The notes: a model not told the origin generated them from the sequence alone. Positions 20,532 to 31,237 are shown, counted from the stretch's first letter. The stretch is 64,000 nucleotides of DNA from Candidatus Bathyarchaeia archaeon (GCA_050010755.1 JBEKKK010000004.1:64001-128000); one strand, 5' to 3'. Translations and numbers: made by a program.

Positions 20532-20674
20532 TATTCTTCACCAAAGCTCTGTAAATCGCTCGCTTGAGGGGCACTTGTATGCGCAATATAATATAAGACT
20601 TGACAAGTGCAAATGAAAAGAGAGTTGTCGAAAGTAAGGATTGATCTTTCAGACCCTTTTGTCATATCTTGAAT

Positions 20675-20687
20675 TGGTCGGGCGGGC
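20675..20687 (-). repeat. Copy of the tRNA-Tyr 3' end plus CCA (possible att scar)
   Basis: Minus strand GCCCGCCCGACCA; 11 nt identical to 24080-24090. Confidence 0.45.
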
Positions 20688-20727
20688 CAGCTTTACAACT
20701 GCGTTTAAATTCTTCGCATAGTCCGCG

Positions 20728-23472
20728 CTATGGATAGTGTTGCCTGAAGTTCCTGGCTACCAATACGATGTCTTTCATATTGACCGCGCCGTCACCGTTG
20801 AGGTCTGCGGCTGGGTTCCAGTCTGGACTAGTGGGCGTGGAGCCAAAGGCGCGAGCTACTGAAGCGATGTCTTTCATGTCGACTCTTCCGTCGCCGTTTA
20901 CATCACCCATAAGTCTGACCGTTACGGTCGCGTTTGATTCCCCGTTAATGCCTGTGGTTGACGTTATGACTGCAGTGAGCGTGTAGTTCAGACACGGCAC
21001 ATTCTCTGTGTTCCACGTGAACGGAAGAACACAAGATTGTCCCACATCTAGGTAAACGGGGTAGGCGTCTGCGCTCTTGCTTGCGGATATGTTGTAGTAA
21101 AGAGTGACCCAGATGTTTTCAGGAAAATCCCCGAGATTGGTAACGGTGACGTTGACATTGGCTGTTAGTCCCTCGTATATCCATTTACTTCCTGTTATCT
21201 GTGTGATTTTCACTTGGTGGACATCGGTCACGTAGCTGCCCGTTACGGTTCCTGGGCCAGTTACGTTCATTGAGCCCGACTGCAGCGTTAACAAGCCCGT
21301 TGTCGAATTCCAGAAGTAAGGTTTCACTCCAGAGCCGTCTCCGAGGGGAGACTGGTAAGCAAAGGTGTGGATTGAGCCGCTGTCCCACCAAAAGGACGCC
21401 GGGAGTTCGCTGCCGGTGTAGGGAATTTCTCCGTCAACCCACAAGCAGATTGCCGGACAGTCTGAGCCGATACCGGTTTGACAGAAAGTTACATTGTATT
21501 GAGCGAGATAGTTTGCCGTCACAGTTTTGGGAGCATCCATCAGAACAGTTGTGGAAGGAGAGTCGGGATTTCTTATGTCAGTGACGTTGCCTCCGCTCCA
21601 GTCGCTGAAGCGATAGCGTAAGGCATCTGACTCCAAGTCAAGTCCTTGCTGAGTCGAAATCGTCGCATACGTGTTCGCGTCATACCAGCCCTGACCAGTC
21701 GCATTCACAAGGCTTGGAAGATTCGTTTGAACAGTCAAGAAGTATCTGGCTCCATAGTTCCCAGTTATGATGTGCGGACCATTGACGTCTACGATGACAG
21801 AGCCAGTCTGTTCAGTTCCAGTCCCTATGGTGGTGGATCCTGAGCTGAAGTACTCCCAGGTTGTTGTCTGATAATAATATTGTTCGGTGCCTTCAACGTA
21901 GAACGGGGAGAAGTAAGAGTACGTGTGCACAGAAGCCGGCTCCCACCAGAACGAAACAGGAAGGCTGCTTGCCGTGTAATTTGTCCCATCAATACTGACA
22001 ACCGTGCCATTAAAGTCGTTTCCGATGCCCGTTTGACCAAAGGTGATTTGGATGTCGGTAGCAGGCCACGTAGTGAAAACAGCTTCTAGCGACTGTTCGT
22101 CGTCCATAGTCACGGTTATCGGGTTCGAATATCCAACGTTTACCCCGTAAAGCTGCCAATGGTTGAGGTAGTAGCCACTGTACGGCAACGCAGTGACGTT
22201 TACAATCGTTCCGAAGGAGTAGGTGTAAATTCCAAGAGTTGGATCTGTCGTTCCACCCGTAGCGGCTGTGATGGTTAGGTCGAAGGTCGCTGAAATAGGG
22301 GGTGGGGTCCAAGGCTGCATGAGCGGGTAGTGGTCTGTGTTGTTACTGTCGACAACGTAAGGGGTATCGCCTATCCCATCGCTTCCCGTGACATTCTGGT
22401 ACGGCCCGCTGTAAGAATCTGTCCCGTTGTAGTCGCTCCAGTAGTTGCCGCCAGAAAGATAACCATTATCCCATGAATTGGAATTAGGACCGGACGATGC
22501 TGCTTGCTGTGAATTGTTCACGAAATTGTTGTGGTAAATGGCGTTGTTTGAAGAGGAACTACCTATTAGAGAAGTATATAGCCAGATTCCGCCGCCATTT
22601 CCTGACACGTTGTTGCAACGTACGATGTTGTTGCAAGAAGCGCTGAGCGAGATGCCGCTTCCCGTGTTACTGGATACGTTGTTCTCTGACACTGTGTTAC
22701 CATAGGAAGCGTCTAGGTAAATACCCTCGGAGTTTTCAGTCACCTTGTTTCCTGACGTTAGAGTGTTCGAGCAGCCAACCAGACGGATTCCCCATCCACC
22801 ATTTTCACTCACGTCGTTGTCTGAAACGACGTTACTTTCTGAAGAGAAACCGACGCATATCCCCATACCGTTTTGAGAGGCGTTGTTGTTCGAGACCGTG
22901 ACGAGAGAAGAGTCAAAGGCGACAGCAATGCCATAACCCCCGTTTCCGCAAGCCACGTTGTCCAGAACTTCATCGTTAGAGGAAGAGTTGACCCAGATTC
23001 CAATAACGTTTCCGAGAGCATTGTTGTTTGAAACCGTGTTGTAAAGGGAATAATCGAGTAAAATTCCGACGGAATCGGCTGTCACATTATTGTCCGTCAC
23101 GGTGTTGTTGGATGAGGAGTTTAGGTGAATGCCGTTTTGGAAGCCGTTGACGGTCACGTTTTCGATTGTGACGTTGCTTACAGATTCAAGGTCCACTCCG
23201 TTGCCAACAGCAGATCCTTGGACCGTGTAACCTCCGCCGCAAAACGTGATGTTGTTTCTTTCTATGACGATAAATGTATCCGCAACGTTGCCTGTTAAAC
23301 TGTAATTGACGTTGTCTAGAGTTGCGATAGGAGCCGAAGATGGAGAAACGCTCCCGTCAGCGTTGATGTAAACTGTTTCCCCCTGCGCAGAGACGAGACC
23401 GATGTTAAACGCCAAGGTGAACGTGCCCATCAAAATGAGCATGAAGAACAACGCAGAAACCGTCCTTCTCAC
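20728..23472 (-). CDS. Secreted beta-helix (NosD/CASH-like) protein with CARDB and dockerin
   Basis: Signal peptide; repeated GI-x-L-xxS-xxN-x-V-xxN; GGNYWSDY...DGIGDTPY; dockerin GDVNGDGRVDMKD. Confidence 0.85.
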   Translation of the reverse strand: MRRTVSALFFMLILMGTFTLAFNIGLVSAQGETVYINADGSVSPSSAPIATLDNVNYSLTGNVADTFIVIERNNITFCGGGYTVQGSAVGNGVDLESVSNVTIENVTVNGFQNGIHLNSSSNNTVTDNNVTADSVGILLDYSLYNTVSNNNALGNVIGIWVNSSSNDEVLDNVACGNGGYGIAVAFDSSLVTVSNNNASQNGMGICVGFSSESNVVSDNDVSENGGWGIRLVGCSNTLTSGNKVTENSEGIYLDASYGNTVSENNVSSNTGSGISLSASCNNIVRCNNVSGNGGGIWLYTSLIGSSSSNNAIYHNNFVNNSQQAASSGPNSNSWDNGYLSGGNYWSDYNGTDSYSGPYQNVTGSDGIGDTPYVVDSNNTDHYPLMQPWTPPPISATFDLTITAATGGTTDPTLGIYTYSFGTIVNVTALPYSGYYLNHWQLYGVNVGYSNPITVTMDDEQSLEAVFTTWPATDIQITFGQTGIGNDFNGTVVSIDGTNYTASSLPVSFWWEPASVHTYSYFSPFYVEGTEQYYYQTTTWEYFSSGSTTIGTGTEQTGSVIVDVNGPHIITGNYGARYFLTVQTNLPSLVNATGQGWYDANTYATISTQQGLDLESDALRYRFSDWSGGNVTDIRNPDSPSTTVLMDAPKTVTANYLAQYNVTFCQTGIGSDCPAICLWVDGEIPYTGSELPASFWWDSGSIHTFAYQSPLGDGSGVKPYFWNSTTGLLTLQSGSMNVTGPGTVTGSYVTDVHQVKITQITGSKWIYEGLTANVNVTVTNLGDFPENIWVTLYYNISASKSADAYPVYLDVGQSCVLPFTWNTENVPCLNYTLTAVITSTTGINGESNATVTVRLMGDVNGDGRVDMKDIASVARAFGSTPTSPDWNPAADLNGDGAVNMKDIVLVARNFRQHYP

Positions 23473-24080
23473 ACGCCTCTCCCTCGCATGATAACTATAG
23501 ATACTAAGCGCTAGAATGGTATATGTTTTTGGGAAAACAAAGTTCTTCGAAGCACTTGTTTTGCCAAATCCACGCAGGCCAGGAGATGGGCAATGTCCAA
23601 ATCTCCCTTCGCGCGCGTTAGTTACTGGGTAAATGTAGTTAGAGCGCTAATGCCCAATGGGTTTAGCTGGGTACTGTTTTCCGGCGCACGGTGTCATTGC
23701 TTTTGTTGCAGCTTGGCCTTGGGGGCGACGTTATATCAGTTCAGGAAAGTGGTGAGGTAGTCAACTGCAAAATCGAGAAAAACAGTTACATTAATGGCGC
23801 GGTCCGGCAAAATGCTTGATTGGTGCTTCATTTAAGAGAAAACTGTCCACTAAAAAACCATTCGACTATTCGGAAACGCTCAACAGACTACCAGTCACGT
23901 TTGCTGTAAGCAGAATCGTCAGCGCACGCGAGTTGAGATTCTGGAGGGTTATAAGAGTTTTAAACCTTAAAGTGAAGCCCAACCTTCATAACGAAATCTT
24001 GGAAAGAGAAAAAGGGAAATATAGAGTTTTTGGCTCTAAATAGGCTCAAATCTAACTTATTTCGGCGAAAGGAGCTTTAG

Positions 24081-24241
24081 TCGGGCGGGCAGGATTTGAA
24101 CCTGCGACAATCCGGTTTCTGCGTGTAAGCCTGGTAGGCTGGGTGACGCCCACCTTTGGCAGACGTCTACAGCGTCTCCGCCAGCTAAAATCCTTTGACC
24201 TACGCTGGCTCGGAAGCTCTGCCAGGCTGAGCTACCGCCCG
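24081..24241 (-). tRNA. tRNA-Tyr(GTA) with two introns (30/31: 24210-24174; 37/38: 24166-24117)
   Basis: C1:G72 acceptor CGGGCGG/CCGCCCG; T-arm GCAGGTTCAAATCCTGC; removing 37+50 nt gives a 74-nt tRNA with TCCGG-CTGTAGA-CCGGA. Confidence 0.88.
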
Positions 24242-24621
24242 TTGCCCGACCGACAATAACAAAAACCGAAATAGTATATTAACCTTAATCTGCAGCGATT
24301 CTCTGCGCACGTGTGGTTCGAAACAGTACCATAGTGCACATGGGACCGACAGTTATGAAAGAACTTCTTTGGTTGGGTTTGTGATCCCAAAGATTCTTGG
24401 TATAATTGCCGTTTCAAGCGTCCTCGGTTCCATTGTGGTATACCCTGCACGCATTGCTATATTTGTGTAAACTCAAGATTGGAATGAATGGTTCGACACG
24501 AATTCAGTTGACATTTTTTGTCAAATTCAAGATCCAAAGGCCCGAACCGAGTCATTATTTTGGCAGAGTAGAGTTTTTAGGGTAAAACGAGATATTGTTC
24601 TCTAGAGGTGACCGGAGGAAT

Positions 24622-25038
24622 ATGGCGAAAGATGTCCGGATCATGACTCCTTTTGATACAAGCAAGATTTCTGTAAGCCAGAATCCTAGATTTCCTGAAG
24701 CATACATCGTTGATCTTCCGTTGGATTCCGTTCCTGACCGAGAATGGCGAGAAGCGTTTGATTTGAAATGGAAGTCAAGCAGAGACCTGTGGGACAGGAA
24801 GCTTCTGCTGATCCAAGATAAGGTTAGGCTCATCACCACCGCAGACGAATTCATGGAAAAACTCGACTGGGTTGAAAGGACGATACGCGATACCAATATT
24901 GCCATCAAGGATCAGTACCGTATCATCGATAAAGAAAAAGAAATGATTCAAGAAGCAACGACAAAACAGGTATTGCAGACGGATATGCACGGCTCTGAAG
25001 CTATTCTAGACACGTTGAGAAAACGATTCAGCATGTAG
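24622..25038 (+). CDS. Hypothetical protein
   Basis: GGAGG SD before ATG 24622; protein-like composition. Confidence 0.65.
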   Translation: MAKDVRIMTPFDTSKISVSQNPRFPEAYIVDLPLDSVPDREWREAFDLKWKSSRDLWDRKLLLIQDKVRLITTADEFMEKLDWVERTIRDTNIAIKDQYRIIDKEKEMIQEATTKQVLQTDMHGSEAILDTLRKRFSM

Positions 25039-25060
25039 TGAATTGCAAAGCCAGAGGGTT

Positions 25061-25213
25061 CTAATCGTACTTTTTAACACCTATCATTTTTCTGTAACAT
25101 CTAAGGTCTGAGACCACAGTCTTTAGAAAGCTCAAATCCATCCTTTTGGTTTCAAGCAGTAAGAGTTGGTCACTGAATTTCTTCGTTGAAATCGTGTCAT
25201 CGCTCGTCATCAT
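25061..25213 (-). CDS. 50-aa hypothetical small protein
   Basis: GAGGGTGA SD, then MMTSDDTISTKKFSDQLLLLETKRMDLSFLKTVVSDLRCYRKMIGVKKYD; not in the ORF track. Confidence 0.45.
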   Translation of the reverse strand: MMTSDDTISTKKFSDQLLLLETKRMDLSFLKTVVSDLRCYRKMIGVKKYD

Positions 25214-25756
25214 TATCACCCTCGGTCTGCTGAAAACGACTTACAAGTTCAGCTGCACTACTTATTTAGCTTATGAATTCAAAATCAACGTTCTCACATG
25301 AAGATCCCCTATTGCAAATAACCAGCGACGAGGCCTAGCGAAGTCAAAATGGTGACTGTGTTGAGCTCCAACCCGGATCGGGAACATTGGCTTAGGTTGC
25401 AGTGCAAGCTGCCTAACCATTGGCTCCAGAAATAGAAATATACGATGAAAAGCGATATATGCCAAACGGGGCACAACATTTTATTAAGTTTCTGCATATC
25501 TTCGTACCTGTGTGGCGTGAGAAAAGGAGAAGGCTTCTCACCATTACAAAATTCTTGATTGACCGCGTTTTTTCAATTTCTTGTTCCGATTCTGGTTTCT
25601 TGCTCACAGGTGATTTGGCTCGCAAATGTGAAATTAAGATCAAGAAGACCATAATAGGTGGATAGCACTATGATTAGAATGCTACGTAAGCGATCTTAAG
25701 TGTTCGGATGAGAAACCTCTAGCCAAACGTACATTTTTGATAAATATATGATTCTT

Positions 25757-25999
25757 TTATCGGACCAGCTTTATTCTTGCCAAAAACTTCTTGGACTCTT
25801 TAGTTGTCTTCTGAGGTGGATGGACTTCGTAGACTTCAAGAATTGCTGCGCAATGTTTGCACTGGAAGTATGTTTTGTCGCGTTTTGCAATGAGCCAGAA
25901 GCCCTGCGTCGAACTGCAATGTGGGCAGTTCTTTAGCGTTTTTCGAAAATTCTCGATTTCTTCTAGGCCCAACTGCACTCCCAATACTTGTAACTTCAT
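25757..25999 (-). CDS. Zinc-ribbon small protein
   Basis: CPHC...CKHC, 80 aa. Confidence 0.7.
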   Translation of the reverse strand: MKLQVLGVQLGLEEIENFRKTLKNCPHCSSTQGFWLIAKRDKTYFQCKHCAAILEVYEVHPPQKTTKESKKFLARIKLVR

Positions 26000-26354
26000 T
26001 GTTTCATTTATGTGTTATGAAGCAGTCTTCAGTTAAAGAATGCCGGAGCTATTTCCCTCTTACAATCATCATCGTTATAACACGAATTATCGCGGTCGGC
26101 CGAAGCTTCGTAGAACAAAGCCTATGGAACAAAGCATACTAACATTAGCCTGAAGAGCATATTCCAGTCCAAACCAAAGGATCTGAAAACCATCTTATCG
26201 AACCTGACCCCTCGACGAAAAGTATTGATCCATGAAACGCTAGAAGGATCATGGACGCCGAGGGCTTGAGCGTCTTGCTCAGGGGGGCAACTGCTTTCTT
26301 CTCAACCCTGAAACGTGTTTTCTTTTGGTGGGTGTCGACCGTTGCTTCCTGCTG

Positions 26355-26654
26355 CTACTCGTTTTCGGATTTGCCTGCTATTCCCCATAAGGCAAGTAGC
26401 AGATAGATTGGAAGAGTGATGACCAGGAATACTGCAAAGAATACTGCAATCAGTAGCCACCAGGGTGCGGAGGATAAGCTTGTGCCCGAGGATGGAAGGC
26501 CCATTGCGAGTACAACGATAAGTGACAGGACAATAGCAATGAAAGTCCAAACGAGGGCAATCACCTGCTTCGCGTTTATCGTAATTTCCACTATCTTCAC
26601 CTCCTCCACGTCTAAATTTCGGTCCTCGTATCTCCTTCTGACAGTTCCTATCAA
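26355..26654 (-). CDS. Small two-TM membrane protein
   Basis: Two long hydrophobic stretches; GAGG upstream. Confidence 0.55.
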   Translation of the reverse strand: MIGTVRRRYEDRNLDVEEVKIVEITINAKQVIALVWTFIAIVLSLIVVLAMGLPSSGTSLSSAPWWLLIAVFFAVFLVITLPIYLLLALWGIAGKSENE

Positions 26655-27057
26655 TTCCTCACTAAATAAATGCTTATGGAACTAACTTCTATGTCTCCAA
26701 CGTCGTCCCTAAGGTTGCATGGTTGAAATGTTCCATATTCCACAGAAAAGACGCATGATGCATCGCGACCATTGAATTCTTATGGAACCAACGAGACCAA
26801 ATCTTGACAGGAGCGCACTATAGAACCAACGGCGAGTGGCCCAAAAGGACGATTCTAGATGATCCAGCAAAGGCACGTACGCCTCAAAAATCCGCGTTGA
26901 AATGTTCGTGTGCTGTTAATCAAATCCCAATGCGTTCCTAGTTCGAGCATGTTATCTGGTTTTTTTGGGCATGTTTTGCACGCGCGCGTCGAAGATGACA
27001 AGCCATTGCAAGATTTAGCGTAAGTGTTTTAGAGCAGGACACTCGCATTCGATATTT

Positions 27058-27780
27058 ATGAAGAAACAGATGCTTTACCGGGAACTTGCGAAATATTACG
27101 ATTTGATATACTCGACTAAAGATTACAGAAAAGAGGCTGCTCGAATCAAGGCGATGGTCTCGAAGTACAAGAAATCGGATGGAAAAAACCTTCTTGACGT
27201 TGCCTGTGGGACAGGGCATCATCTGGAGTACTTGAAGGACGAGTTTTCTTGTATGGGCGTTGACATAAGCGACCAGATGCTGGAAATTGCAAGGAAGAAT
27301 GTTGAGGGAGTTGTTTTCGAACGAGCAGACATGACAGAATTGAATCTCAGCAAGAGTTTTGATGTGATTACTTGTCTGTTCAGTTCCATCGGTTACGTGA
27401 AAACCTACACCAAACTGAGAAAAACCATTCAGAGTTTCTTCAAACATCTGAAAACAGGAGGTGTCGTGTTGATTGAACCATGGTTCACGAAATCAACCGC
27501 GATAGCAGGCGCACCGAGCATGAACACGTATGACGGAACGGATGTCAAGGTGGCGCGACTTAGCGTTACTGAAATCAGAGGCAACTTTTCAGTTCACGGC
27601 ATGAACTACTTAGTTGCTGAGAGGGATAAGAACGTCAAACACTTTGTCGACAGACATGAACTGGGACTCTTCGAGACTGACAAAACTCTGACGATCATGA
27701 AGAAAGTGGGCTTTCAAGCAAAATTCCTGAAAAAAGGTCTGAAGCAAAATAAGGGATTACTTGTCGGAGTAAAACCATAG
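27058..27780 (+). CDS. Class I SAM-dependent methyltransferase
   Basis: YYDLIY, LLDVACGTG, FDVITCLFSSIGY, IEPW. Confidence 0.92.
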   Translation: MKKQMLYRELAKYYDLIYSTKDYRKEAARIKAMVSKYKKSDGKNLLDVACGTGHHLEYLKDEFSCMGVDISDQMLEIARKNVEGVVFERADMTELNLSKSFDVITCLFSSIGYVKTYTKLRKTIQSFFKHLKTGGVVLIEPWFTKSTAIAGAPSMNTYDGTDVKVARLSVTEIRGNFSVHGMNYLVAERDKNVKHFVDRHELGLFETDKTLTIMKKVGFQAKFLKKGLKQNKGLLVGVKP

Positions 27781-28109
27781 ACAACCTCAGTTTCAAGCGA
27801 GTCTTTTCCATTCTGAACTTTCGACTGATATCAGTGTCAGGAACTCTTTGTAATAACACTTTCGCCAAAATATCATGTTTCCTTGCGATACATCCATGGC
27901 GGCACGTGCTTCGGTTTTGCGCTTCTATCAGTGACAAAGATTATTCTCGTCTTTTCATAGTTGATCATCCAAGCCCTTCGACGCCATTTCTTCTCAGCCT
28001 TTTCCTTCCTGTGAGACAGCTTCATGGTTGTTTGACCGTCTACAGGGTAGAAAAGGCATATTCCTACAGGGCAATATGCTAAAGACGGGTGTTCGGAGTT
28101 TGCGTAGAA

Positions 28110-28856
28110 TCATTCGTTTAAATTGGGTTGGCCTACAACGCTGAGGTATAGTACACTCTCTTCTATCCCGTCTACTCCGATGATTTGGTTGATTTCATCA
28201 TCAAAGAAAGCGCCGATTTGGCAAGACCCCAAGCCGATACTTGTTGCAGATAATGCAAGGTTCTGTGCGATGTGCCCAGCGTCCAAATAAACGTATCTGT
28301 AAGCTCGTTGTGCGTATTTCCATTTGGACCTTGCAAAAATGGCCGTCCAAATCAATACAACTGGCGCTTCAATACACATTTCCTGTCCTAAAGCTGCGTG
28401 AGCAATTTTTCCTGAAAAACTTCCGCCTTTCAATTCTTCCAGTGAATGCGCTTGTATGTTGTAATGGTACAAACCCTTTTCCAAATCTTCCACGTTGTTG
28501 ACAATAAGGTAGGTTTCGATTGGGTATAGTGCTCCGGCAGATGGAACTGTGCGGAATTCGTAGCCTTGATCCTTTCTCTGAATACCTGTTGAAGCCCATA
28601 GAAGAAAAGATAGGTTAGCGATGGATAACGGCGCATGTGAGAAGGAACGTACGCTTTTGCGTTTTTTCAACACCTCAACTAAGGGAAGAGATTTGCTTGG
28701 AAATTCTGCGGAAAGCGGAATCTGCAGGGCAGACGGATATTTCTTGTAAGTACCCGGCTTGTTTGCCCAGTCTAAATGGCCACCGAGAAGTCTCTCCCTC
28801 CGGTGTTTTGTGCTCATCTGGAACTCATCTCCAATACCAGCGGACATTATTCTCAC
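28110..28856 (-). CDS. SagB/ThcOx-family nitroreductase
   Basis: RKSVR, RTVPSAGALYP, DAGHIAQN. Confidence 0.92.
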   Translation of the reverse strand: MRIMSAGIGDEFQMSTKHRRERLLGGHLDWANKPGTYKKYPSALQIPLSAEFPSKSLPLVEVLKKRKSVRSFSHAPLSIANLSFLLWASTGIQRKDQGYEFRTVPSAGALYPIETYLIVNNVEDLEKGLYHYNIQAHSLEELKGGSFSGKIAHAALGQEMCIEAPVVLIWTAIFARSKWKYAQRAYRYVYLDAGHIAQNLALSATSIGLGSCQIGAFFDDEINQIIGVDGIEESVLYLSVVGQPNLNE

Positions 28857-29163
28857 CTATCTGAGCCGAACTCCTCTCCAATATTTTAACTGATTGCACT
28901 TAAAAGGGCAGAAAAAAGACAGGTTGTTGCTTGCAGGAACATTATACTGTGATCAGTTTGCGTTCCTATAGCACGAAAAGCCGAACTAAAAGCACTATGA
29001 TCCTTCGTTACAGCGGACACTTCTACAGGGTCTTCAAAGTGGGGCGCCCGCCCTCTATTTAGCATTTGTTAGAAAAGTTGGGTGTTACACACGCCCTGCC
29101 TGTACAGGAAGAATTGTAAAGCGTAACAAGTCACTTTGCGCGCTTTTGGTTTGTTGAGGGCAT

Positions 29164-30015
29164 TCACAGTCCTAGGGCTAAGTAGAGCAGGCCGCTGGCG
29201 ATTGCTATTGTTCCAAGCGCGGCTGTTAGGTAGGTTATTTTTTGTTTTCCAGCGACTTTGATTAGGAAGTCGATTAGGAGTAAGCTGATTATGGTTGATG
29301 TGATTATCGCTAGGACTAACCCTGTCAGACCTATTTTGGCTATTGAGGCGGCTACGTTTGATTCTGTGGCCACAATGGTTAGTCCGAAGGCTGCCAACGC
29401 GGCGAAGATTCCTGCGATGAAAGACAGTTTGAAAGCTTCGTCAGGTTCAACGTTTAACAGCAGCATAGTGCTGGTCGTGATTCCTGACCTGCTGACCCCA
29501 GGCAGCGCCGATATGCCTTGTGTGACTCCTATCAACACGTAGTCTTTGAAGGTTAGGTTTTCCAGTTTTCTCGGGACTATGCCCTTCTCTCGCCTTTTTT
29601 TAGAGTATCTTATGAGGGCCGCGTCGGCTAAGAGGACGAAACCTATGATCAGCATGGGTATGCCCACGGCAATTTCGGGTATCGAATCTGCGATGAGGTA
29701 CAGTGGGGCGCCGATCACACCGGTGAATACGGTGACGAAGAAGACGTAAGTGAACAGTTTTCTTTGCTTCTTATCCTTCGAGCCCAGAATGACTTGTATT
29801 AACTCGGCCAACTCTTTTCTGAAGTATATTACTGCGGCAGCCATTGTGCCTATTTCCATGAACAAGCCGAAAGTGTATGCTTGCTGAAACGAAAGCTTCA
29901 GAAGAATAGTTGAGGAGACAATTATCTGCGTCTTGCTGCTTATGGGAAGCCACTCTGAAACGCCCTGGATTATCCCTATTATTATGGAATAGAGCAACTG
30001 AATAAGAGTGGACAA
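29164..30015 (-). CDS. uppP: Undecaprenyl-diphosphate phosphatase (BacA/UppP family)
   Basis: QGVSEWLPISS and PGVSRSG motifs, multi-TM. Confidence 0.9.
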   Translation of the reverse strand: MSTLIQLLYSIIIGIIQGVSEWLPISSKTQIIVSSTILLKLSFQQAYTFGLFMEIGTMAAAVIYFRKELAELIQVILGSKDKKQRKLFTYVFFVTVFTGVIGAPLYLIADSIPEIAVGIPMLIIGFVLLADAALIRYSKKRREKGIVPRKLENLTFKDYVLIGVTQGISALPGVSRSGITTSTMLLLNVEPDEAFKLSFIAGIFAALAAFGLTIVATESNVAASIAKIGLTGLVLAIITSTIISLLLIDFLIKVAGKQKITYLTAALGTIAIASGLLYLALGL

Positions 30016-30150
30016 AGACCTAATCAGCTCAGAGAGATTAAACTAGGAACTTAAAACGAAAAATATAAGCATTTAGCGAATAAACCGCCCAGTGCGCGTG
30101 TGACACGAAAGCTTTTAGTTGCACTTACTCTGTTGTTCCCTTGTGAGAAA

Positions 30151-30678
30151 ATGAGCAGTGTTGATTCGATTCTCAGCATCAACGATCTAGTGTTGAAGAA
30201 GAAGATACTCTCTATGCGTGAGCACTATGACCTAGAAGATAAGAATGGGACAAAACTCGCAGAGGCAGATGGCAACCTCTTTCAATTTCCCGCCAAGTTT
30301 GTGGTCACTGATACCAACGGTTCAGAGTTGATGCGCCTCGACGGGAAGATGCTATCGCTCAGAAAAGAATTCACGTTCTATGACAATACTGGAAAGGAAC
30401 TGGGAACCATAAAGAAGAAGCTTGCCAAGCTGATCGGGCAAGAGTATTGGGTGGAAAAGGACGGCGTGGAGTTCATGCGCGTCTTCGGGAACTTCTCGGA
30501 CCATGACTACCGGATACAGGTCAACGGGGCCGACGTTGCCTCTGTGCACAAGAATTGGTTCTCGGTGCGAGATCAGCTTGGAATTTCGATAACAGGCGAA
30601 GTTGACCACCGAGTGGTGGTCGGAGCGGTGGTAGTGATAGAACACATTGAAGTTACAGAAAAGGAGCACCAGCACTAG
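30151..30678 (+). CDS. LURP-one-related/scramblase family protein
   Basis: Repeated KKKILSMREHYD / KMLSLRKEFTF / KNWFSVRD pattern. Confidence 0.8.
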   Translation: MSSVDSILSINDLVLKKKILSMREHYDLEDKNGTKLAEADGNLFQFPAKFVVTDTNGSELMRLDGKMLSLRKEFTFYDNTGKELGTIKKKLAKLIGQEYWVEKDGVEFMRVFGNFSDHDYRIQVNGADVASVHKNWFSVRDQLGISITGEVDHRVVVGAVVVIEHIEVTEKEHQH

Positions 30679-31237
30679 ACCATAACAAAACTGGCGCGCG
30701 CCGCATATTATACATGTAGCTCCATGGCCTACCCCCACCGTAATACCGACCCTAATTAAACTGAGCCCCAAGTTGTATTCTGTGGCTTCGAAAATTTCGG
30801 GGAATATCTTCGGAGTCAGCTTTTGCAATCGTGAGTTCCTTAATTCCATTTCTGAAATTCTGAACGCGCGCGCTAAATCTTTAATAAGTTACAAATCTCT
30901 ATTGCCATTGAGTTGTTGGGATGGCCGCACAGCTGACTCTTCTAGGCTTACAATTGCTCTATTACAGAATGCTTCTTCAATACTACCATTTCTTGGTGCG
31001 AATAGGCGCATCGGAAAGGATTCTAGCAGGCGTTCGAGCCAAGCTAGCGAAGAAAGGCATGTTCGGCGCAGTAGGAATCTGAAATTTTCTCTTGGTGCTC
31101 AGCAACAACTCGTAGCGCGCGCACATATCGTTGGCCCCAAGCGGAGAGTAAATTTGCAGATTGCGCCGTTATTCAGCAATTCCAATTGAATTAGAGCCTG
31201 AATCGGCAAGAGTATCCTACGTTCCATACCCAAATGG

